Part shown: positions 11,116 to 20,679 of the stretch, in pieces
Layout of the letters: every line of letters starts with the position of its first letter
Position numbering within the stretch: position 1 is the first letter of the stretch
Assembly: GCA_964491895.1 (NCBI GenBank)
Contig: CAZBHK010000001.1
Span: 91,280 to 155,279 of the forward strand
Length of the DNA: 64,000 nt
DNA from: an uncultured Pseudomonadota bacterium
GTDB lineage: Bacteria > Babelota > Babeliae > Babelales > UBA12411
Direction of reading: 5' to 3'
The notes under the pieces: generated by a model
The model's input: the letters and a program-made list of their open reading frames with translations, nothing else
Databases searched by the model: none
What the model was told of the DNA's origin: nothing
Made by a program: the position numbers and the translations under genes

Positions 11116-11664
11116 ATGTCTAAGATAGGAAGAAGAGCTATAACATTAACCTCAGCAACAGCTGAAGTTAAAAATGGTATAGTAACTTTAAAAGGCCCAA
11201 AAGGCACATTAACTCATACTGTACCAAGTTTTTTATCTGTAAATTTAAAAGATAAAAAATTGACAGTAACATTGAGTAATAATGATTCATCAGAACACAA
11301 TGTTGACTGGGGTTTGCATCGTGCTCTTTTAGCTAATAACGTTAAAGGCGTTGAAGAAGGTTTTTCTACAGGAATAAAAATTGTAGGTTTGGGTTATAAA
11401 GCACAGATTGCTGGTTCAGTTATGACATTTACTTTAGGTTATAGTCATAAAAAGACTCTTAATTTACCTAAAGGTGTTGAAGCTTTAGTTGATAAAACTG
11501 GACAACTTTTAACTATAAAATCTATAGATAAATTTTTATTAGGTAATACTTGTGATGTAATAAGAAGTTTACGTCCACCAGAACCGTATAAAGGTACAGG
11601 TATTATTGTTGGTAATGAAGTTGTAAGACGTAAATCTGGTAAAGCTAAAGTTTCTGCTGCTTAA
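11116..11664 (+). CDS. rplF: 50S ribosomal protein L6
   Basis: MSKIG, KGPKG, GLGYKA, RPPEPYKGTG. Confidence 0.98.
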   Translation: MSKIGRRAITLTSATAEVKNGIVTLKGPKGTLTHTVPSFLSVNLKDKKLTVTLSNNDSSEHNVDWGLHRALLANNVKGVEEGFSTGIKIVGLGYKAQIAGSVMTFTLGYSHKKTLNLPKGVEALVDKTGQLLTIKSIDKFLLGNTCDVIRSLRPPEPYKGTGIIVGNEVVRRKSGKAKVSAA

Positions 11665-11681
11665 TTTGAGGATATAACAAG

Positions 11682-12035
11682 GTGGTAAATAAAAAAATAA
11701 AACGACGAGCATTGGCTAGAGCTTCTAGAACTAGAAATAAACTAGTAAGTAAGGGTGTATTGCCAAGACTTACAGTATTTAGAAGTTTGAGTAATATTTA
11801 TGCTCAAATTATTGATGATGCAACTCACTCAACATTGGTAAGTGCTTCATCTTTGTTGATTGAAGATAAAAAAGGTGACAAGAAAGCTATTGCAAAACAG
11901 GTTGGTCTTAAGTTGGGTAAGATGGCAATGGATAAGTCAGTTGCAACTATATTTTTTGATCGTGGTAGATATAGATATCACGGAAGAGTTTCTGCTTTGG
12001 CAGAAGGTTTAAGAGAAGCAGGGCTGAAGTTCTAA
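11682..12035 (+). CDS. rplR: 50S ribosomal protein L18
   Basis: PRLTVFRS..NIYAQIIDD, FDRGRYRYHGRV, REAGL. Confidence 0.98.
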   Translation: MVNKKIKRRALARASRTRNKLVSKGVLPRLTVFRSLSNIYAQIIDDATHSTLVSASSLLIEDKKGDKKAIAKQVGLKLGKMAMDKSVATIFFDRGRYRYHGRVSALAEGLREAGLKF

Positions 12036-12044
12036 AGGAAACTT

Positions 12045-12623
12045 ATGATAAAAGACACTGTCGACAATAAAGAAAAGATAAAAAAATCAGATAGAGTGGA
12101 AATATTAACCAGAAATTCCTCTTCAGAAAATTTTGTAGAAAAAGTTTTATCTGTACGTCGAGTTGCTAAAGTAATTCGAGGTGGTCGTCGTTTTGCATTT
12201 TCTGCAACCGTTGTTGTTGGAGATAAGAATGGCAATGTTGGTATAGCATTAGGTAAGTCTAGAGATGTTGCTTCAGCTATTACTAAGGCATCTAGACATG
12301 CTAAAGCACACATGGTATCTATTCCTAGGTATAAAACTACTATACCATATACTGTTTCTGCTAAGCATGGATCAAGCAAGGTTTTAATTAGATCTGCAAT
12401 GAAGGGAACAGGAGTTATAGCTGGTGGTGCTATTCGTGCTGTTATTGAAGCTGCTGGTATTCAGGATGTTCTTGCAAAGTCTTTGGGATCTAGTAATTCT
12501 CAAAACGTAGTTAAAGCAACAATGAAAGCTTTATCTAAGTTAAGAACAGCAAAACAAATTGCAACACTAAGAGGAAAAACAATTAAAGATGTTATTGGGG
12601 TTGAAAATGCTAAATCTGAATAA
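12045..12623 (+). CDS. rpsE: 30S ribosomal protein S5
   Basis: RVAKVIRGGRRF, GTGVIAGG, KSLGSSN. Confidence 0.98.
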   Translation: MIKDTVDNKEKIKKSDRVEILTRNSSSENFVEKVLSVRRVAKVIRGGRRFAFSATVVVGDKNGNVGIALGKSRDVASAITKASRHAKAHMVSIPRYKTTIPYTVSAKHGSSKVLIRSAMKGTGVIAGGAIRAVIEAAGIQDVLAKSLGSSNSQNVVKATMKALSKLRTAKQIATLRGKTIKDVIGVENAKSE

Positions 12624-13053
12624 CCTAGAAAAATTACATAAGGCTAGAAAACGTGTTGGCCGAGGCGGAGATTTGGGAGGTACATCTGGAAAGGGTCATA
12701 AGGGACAAAAGGCTCGTTCAGGTGGTTATGTTGGTAGGGCGTTTGAAGGTGGACAAATGTCACTTAGTAGACGACTTCCTAAGAGGGGTTTTAATAACAG
12801 CTTTCAAAAGAGAGTAGTTAAAGTTATAAATCTTTCAGAGTTAGATCTTAAGTTTGAAAAAGATGAGATTGTTAATTTAGAAACCTTACGTAATAAAGGT
12901 ATTATTAAAGGTAATACTAATTTATACGTGAAAATTTTAGGTAAGGGTGTTCTTACTAAGAGCTTGGACGTGCATGCTAATAATTTTAGTCAAGCAGCAG
13001 CAGAAGCTATAAAAGCTGCTGGCGGAAAGGTTAATGTAATCCAGGAGAGATAG
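12607..13053 (+). CDS. rplO: 50S ribosomal protein L15
   Basis: Probable start ATG 12607 (MLNLNNL); RVGRG..GTSGKGHKGQKARSG, FEGGQM. Confidence 0.98.
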   Translation: MLNLNNLEKLHKARKRVGRGGDLGGTSGKGHKGQKARSGGYVGRAFEGGQMSLSRRLPKRGFNNSFQKRVVKVINLSELDLKFEKDEIVNLETLRNKGIIKGNTNLYVKILGKGVLTKSLDVHANNFSQAAAEAIKAAGGKVNVIQER

Positions 13054-14369
13054 TGATAGTTTTACTTCATAATCTAATAAATATTTTTATTGTTTCTGAA
13101 CTTCGTAAAAAAGTTCTTTTTACTTTATTTGTTTTGGGAGTGTATAGATTAGGTGTTCACATACCTATTCCTGGAATAGATACAATAAAGTTAGCAGCTT
13201 TGATGAAAAGCGTGGCTACAAGTGGCGGCTTAATAGGATGGCTTGACCTTGTTTCTGGTGGAGCTCTTAGAAAGTTAGCTATATTTGCTTTAGGTATTCA
13301 GCCTTATATATCTGCTTCTATTATGATGGCTATTTTGGCTGGTATCGTACCGACTTTAGAAAAGTTGGCAAAAGAGGGCGAGTATGGTCGCAGGATCATT
13401 AATCAGTACACAAGGTATCTTACTTTGATTTTGAGTATTGCTCAAGGATATGGAGTGGTGTTTTGGGCTGAGGCTAAAGGACTTGTAGTTTCTCCAGGTT
13501 GGGGATTTAGAATATTAGCGATCTTTATTTTATGCGTTGGCTCATTATTTGTTATGTGGCTAGGCGAACAGATTACATCCCAGGGCATAGGTAATGGTAG
13601 TTCTATTATAATCTTCAGTAGTATTGTGGCGCGACTTCCAGAAGCGATATTTAAGACGTTTCAAGATATAAGCTTGGAACAGGTTTCACCGTTGGTTGTC
13701 TTAGTTATATTAGCTATGACAATATTAGTTGCTGGATGCGTTGTGTTTATGGAGCGAGGAGAGCGTAAGATACCTGTTCAGTATGCAAAAAGGGTGATAG
13801 GTAATAAGATATATGGTGGTCAGAGTTCTTATATACCCTTAAAGATTAACGTTTCAGGAATTATGCCTGTTATTTTCACTAATACAGTGATTTATTTACC
13901 ATTAATGCTTATAGGAATGTTAGCATCTAGATTTAAGTGGTTAGAGACATTATCTGAAGTTTTTGGATATGGTAGTTTTTTGTTTTATGTCTTGGAATCT
14001 TTACTTATAGTATTTTTTGCATTCTTTTATGCAACTATTCAATTAAATCCTGATGATGTAGCTGAAAATATGAGAAAATCAGGTGGTTTTATACCAGGAA
14101 TTAGACCTGGCCGTAAGACATCTGAGTTTTTGAGTTACGTGCTTAACAGGGTTACATTACCTGGTGCTATGTACTTAGCTATATTGACAATTGTTCCTGG
14201 AGTATTGGCAAGTTTGCTTAATTATAATTATTTATTTAGTGGTTTAGGCTTATTGATTGTTGTTGGTGTTGCCTTGGATACCTCTGCACAGATAGAATCT
14301 TATTTAATTGAGCGAAGATATGAAGGATTTTTATCTTCTGGTAGATTGAGGGGAAGGGTTTCTCGCTAA
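13053..14369 (+). CDS. secY: Preprotein translocase subunit SecY
   Basis: ALGIQPYISASI, GIGNGSSIII, GGFIPGIRPG; about 10 TM. Confidence 0.99.
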   Translation: MIVLLHNLINIFIVSELRKKVLFTLFVLGVYRLGVHIPIPGIDTIKLAALMKSVATSGGLIGWLDLVSGGALRKLAIFALGIQPYISASIMMAILAGIVPTLEKLAKEGEYGRRIINQYTRYLTLILSIAQGYGVVFWAEAKGLVVSPGWGFRILAIFILCVGSLFVMWLGEQITSQGIGNGSSIIIFSSIVARLPEAIFKTFQDISLEQVSPLVVLVILAMTILVAGCVVFMERGERKIPVQYAKRVIGNKIYGGQSSYIPLKINVSGIMPVIFTNTVIYLPLMLIGMLASRFKWLETLSEVFGYGSFLFYVLESLLIVFFAFFYATIQLNPDDVAENMRKSGGFIPGIRPGRKTSEFLSYVLNRVTLPGAMYLAILTIVPGVLASLLNYNYLFSGLGLLIVVGVALDTSAQIESYLIERRYEGFLSSGRLRGRVSR

Positions 14370-14371
14370 TT

Positions 14372-15052
14372 ATGCAATACGATTTAAACAACACGGTATT
14401 AGTTTTTTTTGGGGCGCCAGGATCTGGTAAGGGTACGTTGGCTAGAATGCTAGAAGAAAGACTTGGATTTAAGGTTCTTTCTACGGGTGATCTTTGCAGA
14501 AAACATATTAGAGGTAATACTGAAATAGGTCTTTGTATAAAGGATCAAATTAGTAAAGGCCAGTTGATTTCTGATGATTTGATTACTAAGATGGTTAAAG
14601 GATGGTTAGATAATAAACTTTCCTTAAAAAAGTCTATTATTTTAGATGGTTATCCTAGAACTGCTAGTCAGGCTAAGCTTTTTAATGATCTTTGTAAAAA
14701 AGAAAAATATAAGTTTAATTTTAGAGTTATTTTATTTGAAATATCTGATGAAATAGTTATAGATAGATTAAAGAGCAGGCTTATTTGTTCAAATAGACAA
14801 TGTCAGGCTATTTTTTCTACAAAAACTCAGGTTAAAGAGGGTGACAAGTGCCTTAAGTGTGACTCGATTCTATTGAGACGTGAAGATGATAAGGAATCAG
14901 TCGTAGAAGTTAGGTTTAAGTCCTTTTTAAATGATAAGCAGTTATTTGAGCAATATTATAATGGTATTAATCAGCCACTTGAGAAGCTAGAAATAGATGG
15001 AAAAACTCAAGAAGAGGTTTTTGAGGCATTTATTAAGATGCTAAATGAATAA
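14372..15052 (+). CDS. adk: Adenylate kinase (Cys-containing lid)
   Basis: GAPGSGKGT P-loop, STGDL, LDGYPRT, RREDD. Confidence 0.96.
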   Translation: MQYDLNNTVLVFFGAPGSGKGTLARMLEERLGFKVLSTGDLCRKHIRGNTEIGLCIKDQISKGQLISDDLITKMVKGWLDNKLSLKKSIILDGYPRTASQAKLFNDLCKKEKYKFNFRVILFEISDEIVIDRLKSRLICSNRQCQAIFSTKTQVKEGDKCLKCDSILLRREDDKESVVEVRFKSFLNDKQLFEQYYNGINQPLEKLEIDGKTQEEVFEAFIKMLNE

Positions 15053-15054
15053 AA

Positions 15055-15819
15055 ATGGTATACATTAAAGATAAGAGAGCCATGGATAAGATGAGAATGG
15101 CTGGAAAATTACTTGCTGGTGTGATGATAGAGATTCCAAAGATTATTAAAGAGGGCGTTTCTACATTAGAAGTAAATGATTTTATAGAGAATTGCATGAG
15201 AAAAGCCGGGTTAAAGCCTTCATGTATAGGTTATAAAGGCTATAAGCATGCTACTTGTATATCAGTTAATAGTGTTGTTGTGCATGGGGTGCCATCCGAT
15301 AAGGTTATTTTGCAGGAAGGGGATCTTGTAAAGGTTGATGTTATTGGTGCTTACAAAAATTATTGTGTTGATATGGCCCGTTGTTATTTTGTGGGTGTTC
15401 CTTCTAAAGAGGCACAACATATAGTAGATATTGCTCAAAAAGCGTTAGATGCTGGTATAAAAAAGGCTATTGTTGGTAATACGGTGGCGGATATTTCCAG
15501 GGCTATTGAAAAAGTGGTTGAATCTGAAGGCTTTGGAGTAGTGAGAGATTTTGCTGGACATGGTGTTGGAAAGCTTTTACATGAAGAACCTGAAATTCCT
15601 AATTTTGTTTCTGGAGAATCAATGGAGATTCTTAGAGCAGGTATGACATTAGCTATAGAGCCAATGATTACGGAGAAGGGTTATGCTGTTGTTCTTGATA
15701 ATGATGGCTGGACTGCTAGAACCATGGATGGTGGCTTAGCAGGTCATGTTGAAGATACTGTTTTAATCACGGAAAAGGGTACGGAAATTCTTACTCGTTT
15801 GAATGGAGTTATAGCTTAA
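15055..15819 (+). CDS. map: Methionine aminopeptidase type I
   Basis: VVHGVP, GHGVG..LHEEP, AIEPM, HVEDT. Confidence 0.98.
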   Translation: MVYIKDKRAMDKMRMAGKLLAGVMIEIPKIIKEGVSTLEVNDFIENCMRKAGLKPSCIGYKGYKHATCISVNSVVVHGVPSDKVILQEGDLVKVDVIGAYKNYCVDMARCYFVGVPSKEAQHIVDIAQKALDAGIKKAIVGNTVADISRAIEKVVESEGFGVVRDFAGHGVGKLLHEEPEIPNFVSGESMEILRAGMTLAIEPMITEKGYAVVLDNDGWTARTMDGGLAGHVEDTVLITEKGTEILTRLNGVIA

Positions 15820-15820
15820 T

Positions 15821-16042
15821 ATGGCTAATAAGGAAGATGTAATAAAAGTTGAGGGAGTGGTAGAGGAAACTTTACCGAGCACCAAGTTTAAGGTGCGTCT
15901 TGATAATGGACATTTGGTAATAGCGCATATTTCTGGTAAAATGCGTATGTATTATATAAAATTAGTGGTTGGAGATCGGGTAATTGTAGAATTATCCACG
16001 TATGATCTTACTAAAGGAAGAATAGTTTCGCGTTGCAAGTAG
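15821..16042 (+). CDS. infA: Translation initiation factor IF-1
   Basis: [16 protein letters not shown]. Confidence 0.99.
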   Translation: MANKEDVIKVEGVVEETLPSTKFKVRLDNGHLVIAHISGKMRMYYIKLVVGDRVIVELSTYDLTKGRIVSRCK

Positions 16043-16049
16043 GTGTATG

Positions 16050-16166
16050 ATGAAAGTTAGAACATCAGTTAAAAAGATTTGTGGAGAGTGTAAAATTATT
16101 AGACGTAGTGGCGTTGTTAGGGTGATTTGTACGAAAAGTCCTAAACATAAACAACGTCAAGGTTAA
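16050..16166 (+). CDS. rpmJ: 50S ribosomal protein L36 (38 aa; not in the ORF track)
   Basis: Hand-translated [38 protein letters not shown]. Confidence 0.98.
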   Translation: MKVRTSVKKICGECKIIRRSGVVRVICTKSPKHKQRQG

Positions 16167-16211
16167 TTGTTAGAGAGGTAGCATGGCTTTAATGTATTTA
16201 GGGAGATCCTA

Positions 16212-16601
16212 ATGGCTCGAATAGAAGGAGTTTTTCTTCCAAAAGAAAAACGTGTAGAAATAGGCCTAACATATATTTATGGTATTGGTCTTAGAACGTC
16301 ACAAGATATACTCAAGAAAAGTGGTGTAAATCCTGATGTTCGTGTCAAAGATTTGACAGGAGAGGATGTAGCATCTATTCAAAAGATTATTACCAATGAT
16401 TATCTTGTTGGTGGTGACTTGAGAAAAGAGGTTACTATGAATATTAAAAGGCTAACAGACATTGGTTCTTATAGAGGAATTCGTCATAAGCGTTCTTTAC
16501 CAGTCAGAGGACAAAGAACAAAAACGAATGCTAGAACTCGTAAGGGTCCAAAAAAAGCTGGCTCAATTGTTCCTAAGAAAAAAACGGCTACAAAGAAATA
16601 A
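16212..16601 (+). CDS. rpsM: 30S ribosomal protein S13
   Basis: [28 protein letters not shown]. Confidence 0.99.
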   Translation: MARIEGVFLPKEKRVEIGLTYIYGIGLRTSQDILKKSGVNPDVRVKDLTGEDVASIQKIITNDYLVGGDLRKEVTMNIKRLTDIGSYRGIRHKRSLPVRGQRTKTNARTRKGPKKAGSIVPKKKTATKK

Positions 16602-16612
16602 AATAGAAGATT

Positions 16613-16993
16613 ATGGCATATAAGAAAAAAGGTAAAAAAAAGCATAGTGTAGAAGTGGTTTTAGCTAACGTTAAATCTACTTTTAATAATACATTAGTTT
16701 CAATCACAACGCTTACTGGCGATGTTCTAATGCGTGCAAGTTCAGGTCTTTTAGGATTTAAAGGCTCTAGAAAAGGAACTCCTTTTGCTGCTACACAGAT
16801 TGGTAGTAAGTTAGCAAAAGATCTTATGGATTTAGGTGTACGTACAATTGAGGTTAATCTACAAGGCCCTGGTTCTGGACGCGACTCTGTTGTAAGAGCA
16901 TTCCAGTCATCCGGTCTTAACGTATCAGTGTTAAGAGATGTAACACCATTGCCTCATAATGGTGTTCGTCCAGCAAAGAAACGTAGGGTATAA
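16613..16993 (+). CDS. rpsK: 30S ribosomal protein S11
   Basis: STFNNT, GPGSGR, DVTPLPHNG. Confidence 0.99.
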   Translation: MAYKKKGKKKHSVEVVLANVKSTFNNTLVSITTLTGDVLMRASSGLLGFKGSRKGTPFAATQIGSKLAKDLMDLGVRTIEVNLQGPGSGRDSVVRAFQSSGLNVSVLRDVTPLPHNGVRPAKKRRV

Positions 16994-16996
16994 ACG

Positions 16997-17620
16997 ATGG
17001 GAAAATTAATAAAAGGCTGCAGAAAGTGCCGACAAATTGGTGAAAAACTTTGTTCTAAAGTAGCTAAATGTGCTATTGAGAAGCGTGCTACGCATCCAGG
17101 ACAGCATGGTAAAAAGCTTGGTACTAAGAAATTGTCAGAGTATGGAAAACAGCTTCAAGAGAAACAAAAAGTTAAATTTTTGTATGGTGTAGCTGAACGT
17201 CAATTTAAACGATTTTTTGAGATGGCTTCACGTAAAAAAGGTGTTACTGGAGAAGCTTTAATGAGCTTGCTTGAAAGAAGACTTGATAATGTTATGTTTA
17301 GATTGAAGATGGCTTTATCAAGGCCACAAGCTAGACAAATGGTTGCTCATGGACATGTATTTGTTAATGGTCAACGTGTTCATTCTCCTGCATACGTTGT
17401 AGCTGTTGGGGATGAGGTTACATTGTCTAACAGAACTTTATCTAGGGAGACCTATTTAAAGGATGCAGTTGAAAAGAGAATGAATATTGGCATTAAGGTT
17501 CCAGAATGGCTTGAACTTAAGAAACAAGAACATAAAGGTATTGTTCTTAGAGAACCTATGCGTTCTGAGATTAAAGTTCCAGTAGAAGAACACCTTATTG
17601 TTGAGTTGTATTCTAAGTAA
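16997..17620 (+). CDS. rpsD: 30S ribosomal protein S4
   Basis: SEYGKQLQEKQK, LERRLDNV, IVELYSK; N-terminal Cys (Zn-binding form). Confidence 0.99.
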   Translation: MGKLIKGCRKCRQIGEKLCSKVAKCAIEKRATHPGQHGKKLGTKKLSEYGKQLQEKQKVKFLYGVAERQFKRFFEMASRKKGVTGEALMSLLERRLDNVMFRLKMALSRPQARQMVAHGHVFVNGQRVHSPAYVVAVGDEVTLSNRTLSRETYLKDAVEKRMNIGIKVPEWLELKKQEHKGIVLREPMRSEIKVPVEEHLIVELYSK

Positions 17621-17662
17621 GATAGTTATAGTTAATAACCATGCGAGAACGTGGGGGTATAA

Positions 17663-18736
17663 ATGCAAAAACAGTCGATGGAATATAGACCACTTACTCT
17701 TCCTAAATTAGAATGGGAAACTTCTAAGTCATCTAATACATTTGGTGAATTAGTAGTAAGCCCTTTAGAATCGGGTTTTGGTATAACATTAGGTAACGCA
17801 ATTAGAAGAGTTCTTCTATCTTCAGTAGAAGGATCTGCAGTTACTTCTGTTATAATTAAAGGTGTTAATAATGAATTCTCTTCTCTCCCTGGAGTGATAG
17901 AAGATGTCCTACATATATTGTTGAACATCAAGGGAATAATCGTTAAAAATAAAACGGGCATGCCTGGTAAAATGTATCTTTCTGCTAAGGGCGAGGGCAT
18001 TGTTAGAGTTGGAAGCATTAAGGCAGATGAGCATCTTGAATTAGTTAATCAGGATCATGTTATAGCAAGATTGGCTAATGACGGAGAATTAGATATAGAA
18101 TTTTTTGTTGAGACTGGTCGTGGTTATCAAACAGCTAAATGGCCTCTTGGCGAAAAGTTACAGGCTGATGGACGAATTTTTATGGACGCATCCTTCTCTC
18201 CTATTAGAAGGGTTGAATATAAAATAGAAAAAACTCGTGTTGGTCAAGCTATTAATTATGATAAGTTAATTTTAGATGTTGAAACTAATGGTACATTAGC
18301 AGCACAAGATGCAATATATTATGCAACATCTGTATTACGTACACAATTAGAACATTTTTTAGCTGTACCTGAGATTCCATTTAATGAAATTTCTAAAGTT
18401 TCTATTGCAGGGGTAGATACAGGAACTGTTGAGTTGGATGTAGAAGGTCCAACTAAAGGTCTTCCTGTTGAATTATTTTTAAAACCAATAGATGAGTTAG
18501 AATTTTCTGTTCGTGCACATAACTGCTTGGTAAGTGCAGGTATTAAGCGGGTTATTGATTTAGTTAATCTTACAGATGAAGATATTCTTAAAATTAAGAA
18601 TTTTGGTAGAAAATCTTTGCGTGAGGTAAAGGAAATTTTGAAAGCTTTTGATCTTCACTTAGGCATGAATATTAAAGAATTAGATCTTAAGAAAATGATT
18701 CAAGATCAAGAGAAGAAAAATAAGGACAAACAATGA
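17663..18736 (+). CDS. rpoA: RNA polymerase alpha subunit
   Basis: GFGITLGNAIRRVLLSS, DASFSP, SVRAHNCL, NFGRKSL. Confidence 0.99.
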   Translation: MQKQSMEYRPLTLPKLEWETSKSSNTFGELVVSPLESGFGITLGNAIRRVLLSSVEGSAVTSVIIKGVNNEFSSLPGVIEDVLHILLNIKGIIVKNKTGMPGKMYLSAKGEGIVRVGSIKADEHLELVNQDHVIARLANDGELDIEFFVETGRGYQTAKWPLGEKLQADGRIFMDASFSPIRRVEYKIEKTRVGQAINYDKLILDVETNGTLAAQDAIYYATSVLRTQLEHFLAVPEIPFNEISKVSIAGVDTGTVELDVEGPTKGLPVELFLKPIDELEFSVRAHNCLVSAGIKRVIDLVNLTDEDILKIKNFGRKSLREVKEILKAFDLHLGMNIKELDLKKMIQDQEKKNKDKQ

Positions 18737-19089
18737 AGCATCAGAATGGCAGAAGAAAATTAAATAGAAAACCTGCCCATAGATTAGCTATGCTTAGAAA
18801 CCAAGTTATTCATTTTATTCAGAATGGATGTTTACAGACAACTAAGCCTCGTATTAAAGAAGTACAGCGCATGATTGAAAGAACAGTTACTGTAGCTCGT
18901 GTTGGTAAAGATTTTAATACAATACGTAGAGTCAATCAAATTCTTCCTTATGATAAGTCAGCTGCAAAGAGACTTATCGAAGATATAGCACCAAGGTATG
19001 TAGATAGACCAGGTGGATACACAAGAGTTATCCTTTTAGGTAGACGTGGAAGCGATACTGCTCCTATAGCTCGCCTAGAGTGGGTATAG
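18733..19089 (+). CDS. rplQ: 50S ribosomal protein L17
   Basis: MKHQ..RKLNR, RPGGYTRV, RRGSD. Confidence 0.98.
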   Translation: MKHQNGRRKLNRKPAHRLAMLRNQVIHFIQNGCLQTTKPRIKEVQRMIERTVTVARVGKDFNTIRRVNQILPYDKSAAKRLIEDIAPRYVDRPGGYTRVILLGRRGSDTAPIARLEWV

Positions 19090-19106
19090 TTCTTAATAAA
19101 GATATT

Positions 19107-19136
19107 AAAAGGCGGGCTTATAGCTCGCCTTTTTTT
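19107..19136 (+). terminator. Rho-independent terminator of the ribosomal superoperon
   Basis: ggcgggct-tat-agctcgcc stem (one G-U pair) followed by a T7 tract and preceded by A4. Confidence 0.85.
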
Positions 19137-19147
19137 GTTTGATGTTT

Positions 19148-19384
19148 ATGCTCAATAATGATGAACTTATTAAACAGATACAAGAAGTCTTAGAACAATT
19201 ACGTCCATATTTTCTTATGCATGGTGGTAATATAGATTTTGTTAAATTTGAGCAGGGTAATGTATATGTTCAATTATTTGGTGCTTGTGCAGGATGTGAT
19301 GCTTCTTCATATACACTTAAACTTCTTGTTGAAGATACACTTAAAAAAGAAGTTCCACAGGTACAATTTGTAATAGAAATATAA
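19148..19384 (+). CDS. NifU C-terminal/NfuA-like Fe-S carrier
   Basis: LRPYFLMHGGNI..LFGACAGC motif; start uncertain (19139, 19142 or 19148). Confidence 0.88.
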   Translation: MLNNDELIKQIQEVLEQLRPYFLMHGGNIDFVKFEQGNVYVQLFGACAGCDASSYTLKLLVEDTLKKEVPQVQFVIEI

Positions 19385-19386
19385 AA

Positions 19387-20679
19387 ATGAAAAAATTTAC
19401 ACGTTTTTTAATAATATTTTTTAGTATATGTGCGGTATCATTTACACTTTTGTTAAATACTGACCAGTTCTATATATATTTATCTAAAGTTGAACATGTT
19501 GGTCCTAATGTTGCACATAAATTTACTAATAATGACAAGGTAAAAAATATTCTTATCGTACATTTAGAAGAGAATTATGGTGGTGCTGAGATATGTAATG
19601 CTAACATGTACAAAATGTTTCTTAAGAATGGATACAATTCGTATATGTTAACATCTAGAGGTTTCGGAGTAGCACATGAATGTGATAGATTAAAATTACC
19701 TTATTATGTTTCTAATGCAGAAAAATTTTTACGGTTCCGATTTATTTATAAGCGAGTTCTTGCTGCACAAATATATTCGCTTTGTAAAAGATTTAAAAAA
19801 TGTACTATTATTGTTCATTCTGAACGAGAGGTTTTTGCGGCTAAGCTGGTAGCTAAACGTCTTCCAATTAAGGTTATTTTAGGTAGGCATGTTACATGTC
19901 CATTTGCACATGAACGTAGAACTTTATCTGGCTTAGACGGTGTTATAGCTGTAAGCAAATACATTGAGAAAGACTTGAGAGCTTTGGTTGATAAATACCA
20001 GCTACCATTAAAGCACATAGATGTAATACAACCATTTTTTGATGAGGATAAATTTTTTAATTTTAAGCCAACTGATACAAAAAAAGTTTTCTTTAAAAAA
20101 GAGTTCAACATCAATCTTAAAGATCTACCAGTAATTACTATGATAGGCAGTATGCCGCATTGGCAAGGTCCAAAGAGACATGATATTTTACTTAATGTTG
20201 TTGCAAGACTTGTTCATGAAAAGAATAAGCCTGTAGAGGTTATCTTGGTTGGTGATGGTAATGGTAAAAAAGCATTAAAAGAGTTATCTGAAAAACTTAA
20301 TATAAGTGAATATGTGCATTTTCTTGGATTTACAGATATTACACCAGCTATTCTGTATCACTCACATATTAAAGTTTTACCTAGTGAGCGTGAAGCATTT
20401 GGAATTGTTCTTTTAGAGGGAGCCCTTATGAAGAAACCGCTTATTTATTCAACAGGTAATGGTGGAGATGAGCTTGTTCTTCATGAGAAGACAGGTTTAT
20501 TATTTGAGAATAAAAATGAAGATGATTTACTAAAACAGATAGAGCGTATGCTTGATGACCCTGAATGGGCTAAGCAACTAGGTGAAAATGCCTATAAGCA
20601 TGCTAGAGAAAATTTTTCTAGTGAGATTGGCTTTGAAAAAGTTATAAAATTATGTAATAAGGTGAATGAGAATACATGA
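19387..20679 (+). CDS. Glycosyltransferase family 4 (GT-B) with N-terminal signal anchor
   Basis: GGAE, K.HDILL, EAFGIVLLEG (E-x7-E), TGLLF. Confidence 0.9.
   Translation: MKKFTRFLIIFFSICAVSFTLLLNTDQFYIYLSKVEHVGPNVAHKFTNNDKVKNILIVHLEENYGGAEICNANMYKMFLKNGYNSYMLTSRGFGVAHECDRLKLPYYVSNAEKFLRFRFIYKRVLAAQIYSLCKRFKKCTIIVHSEREVFAAKLVAKRLPIKVILGRHVTCPFAHERRTLSGLDGVIAVSKYIEKDLRALVDKYQLPLKHIDVIQPFFDEDKFFNFKPTDTKKVFFKKEFNINLKDLPVITMIGSMPHWQGPKRHDILLNVVARLVHEKNKPVEVILVGDGNGKKALKELSEKLNISEYVHFLGFTDITPAILYHSHIKVLPSEREAFGIVLLEGALMKKPLIYSTGNGGDELVLHEKTGLLFENKNEDDLLKQIERMLDDPEWAKQLGENAYKHARENFSSEIGFEKVIKLCNKVNENT

Noticed and set aside
15991-16001. DnaA-box-like ttatccacg
   Set aside because: Single imperfect copy inside infA; no origin-like cluster
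789-18018. Many 60-130 aa minus-strand ORFs opposite ribosomal/translation genes (e.g. 3528-3806, 6937-7242, 12032-12379, 17632-18018)
   Set aside because: Antisense shadows of highly conserved genes; no RBS or motifs
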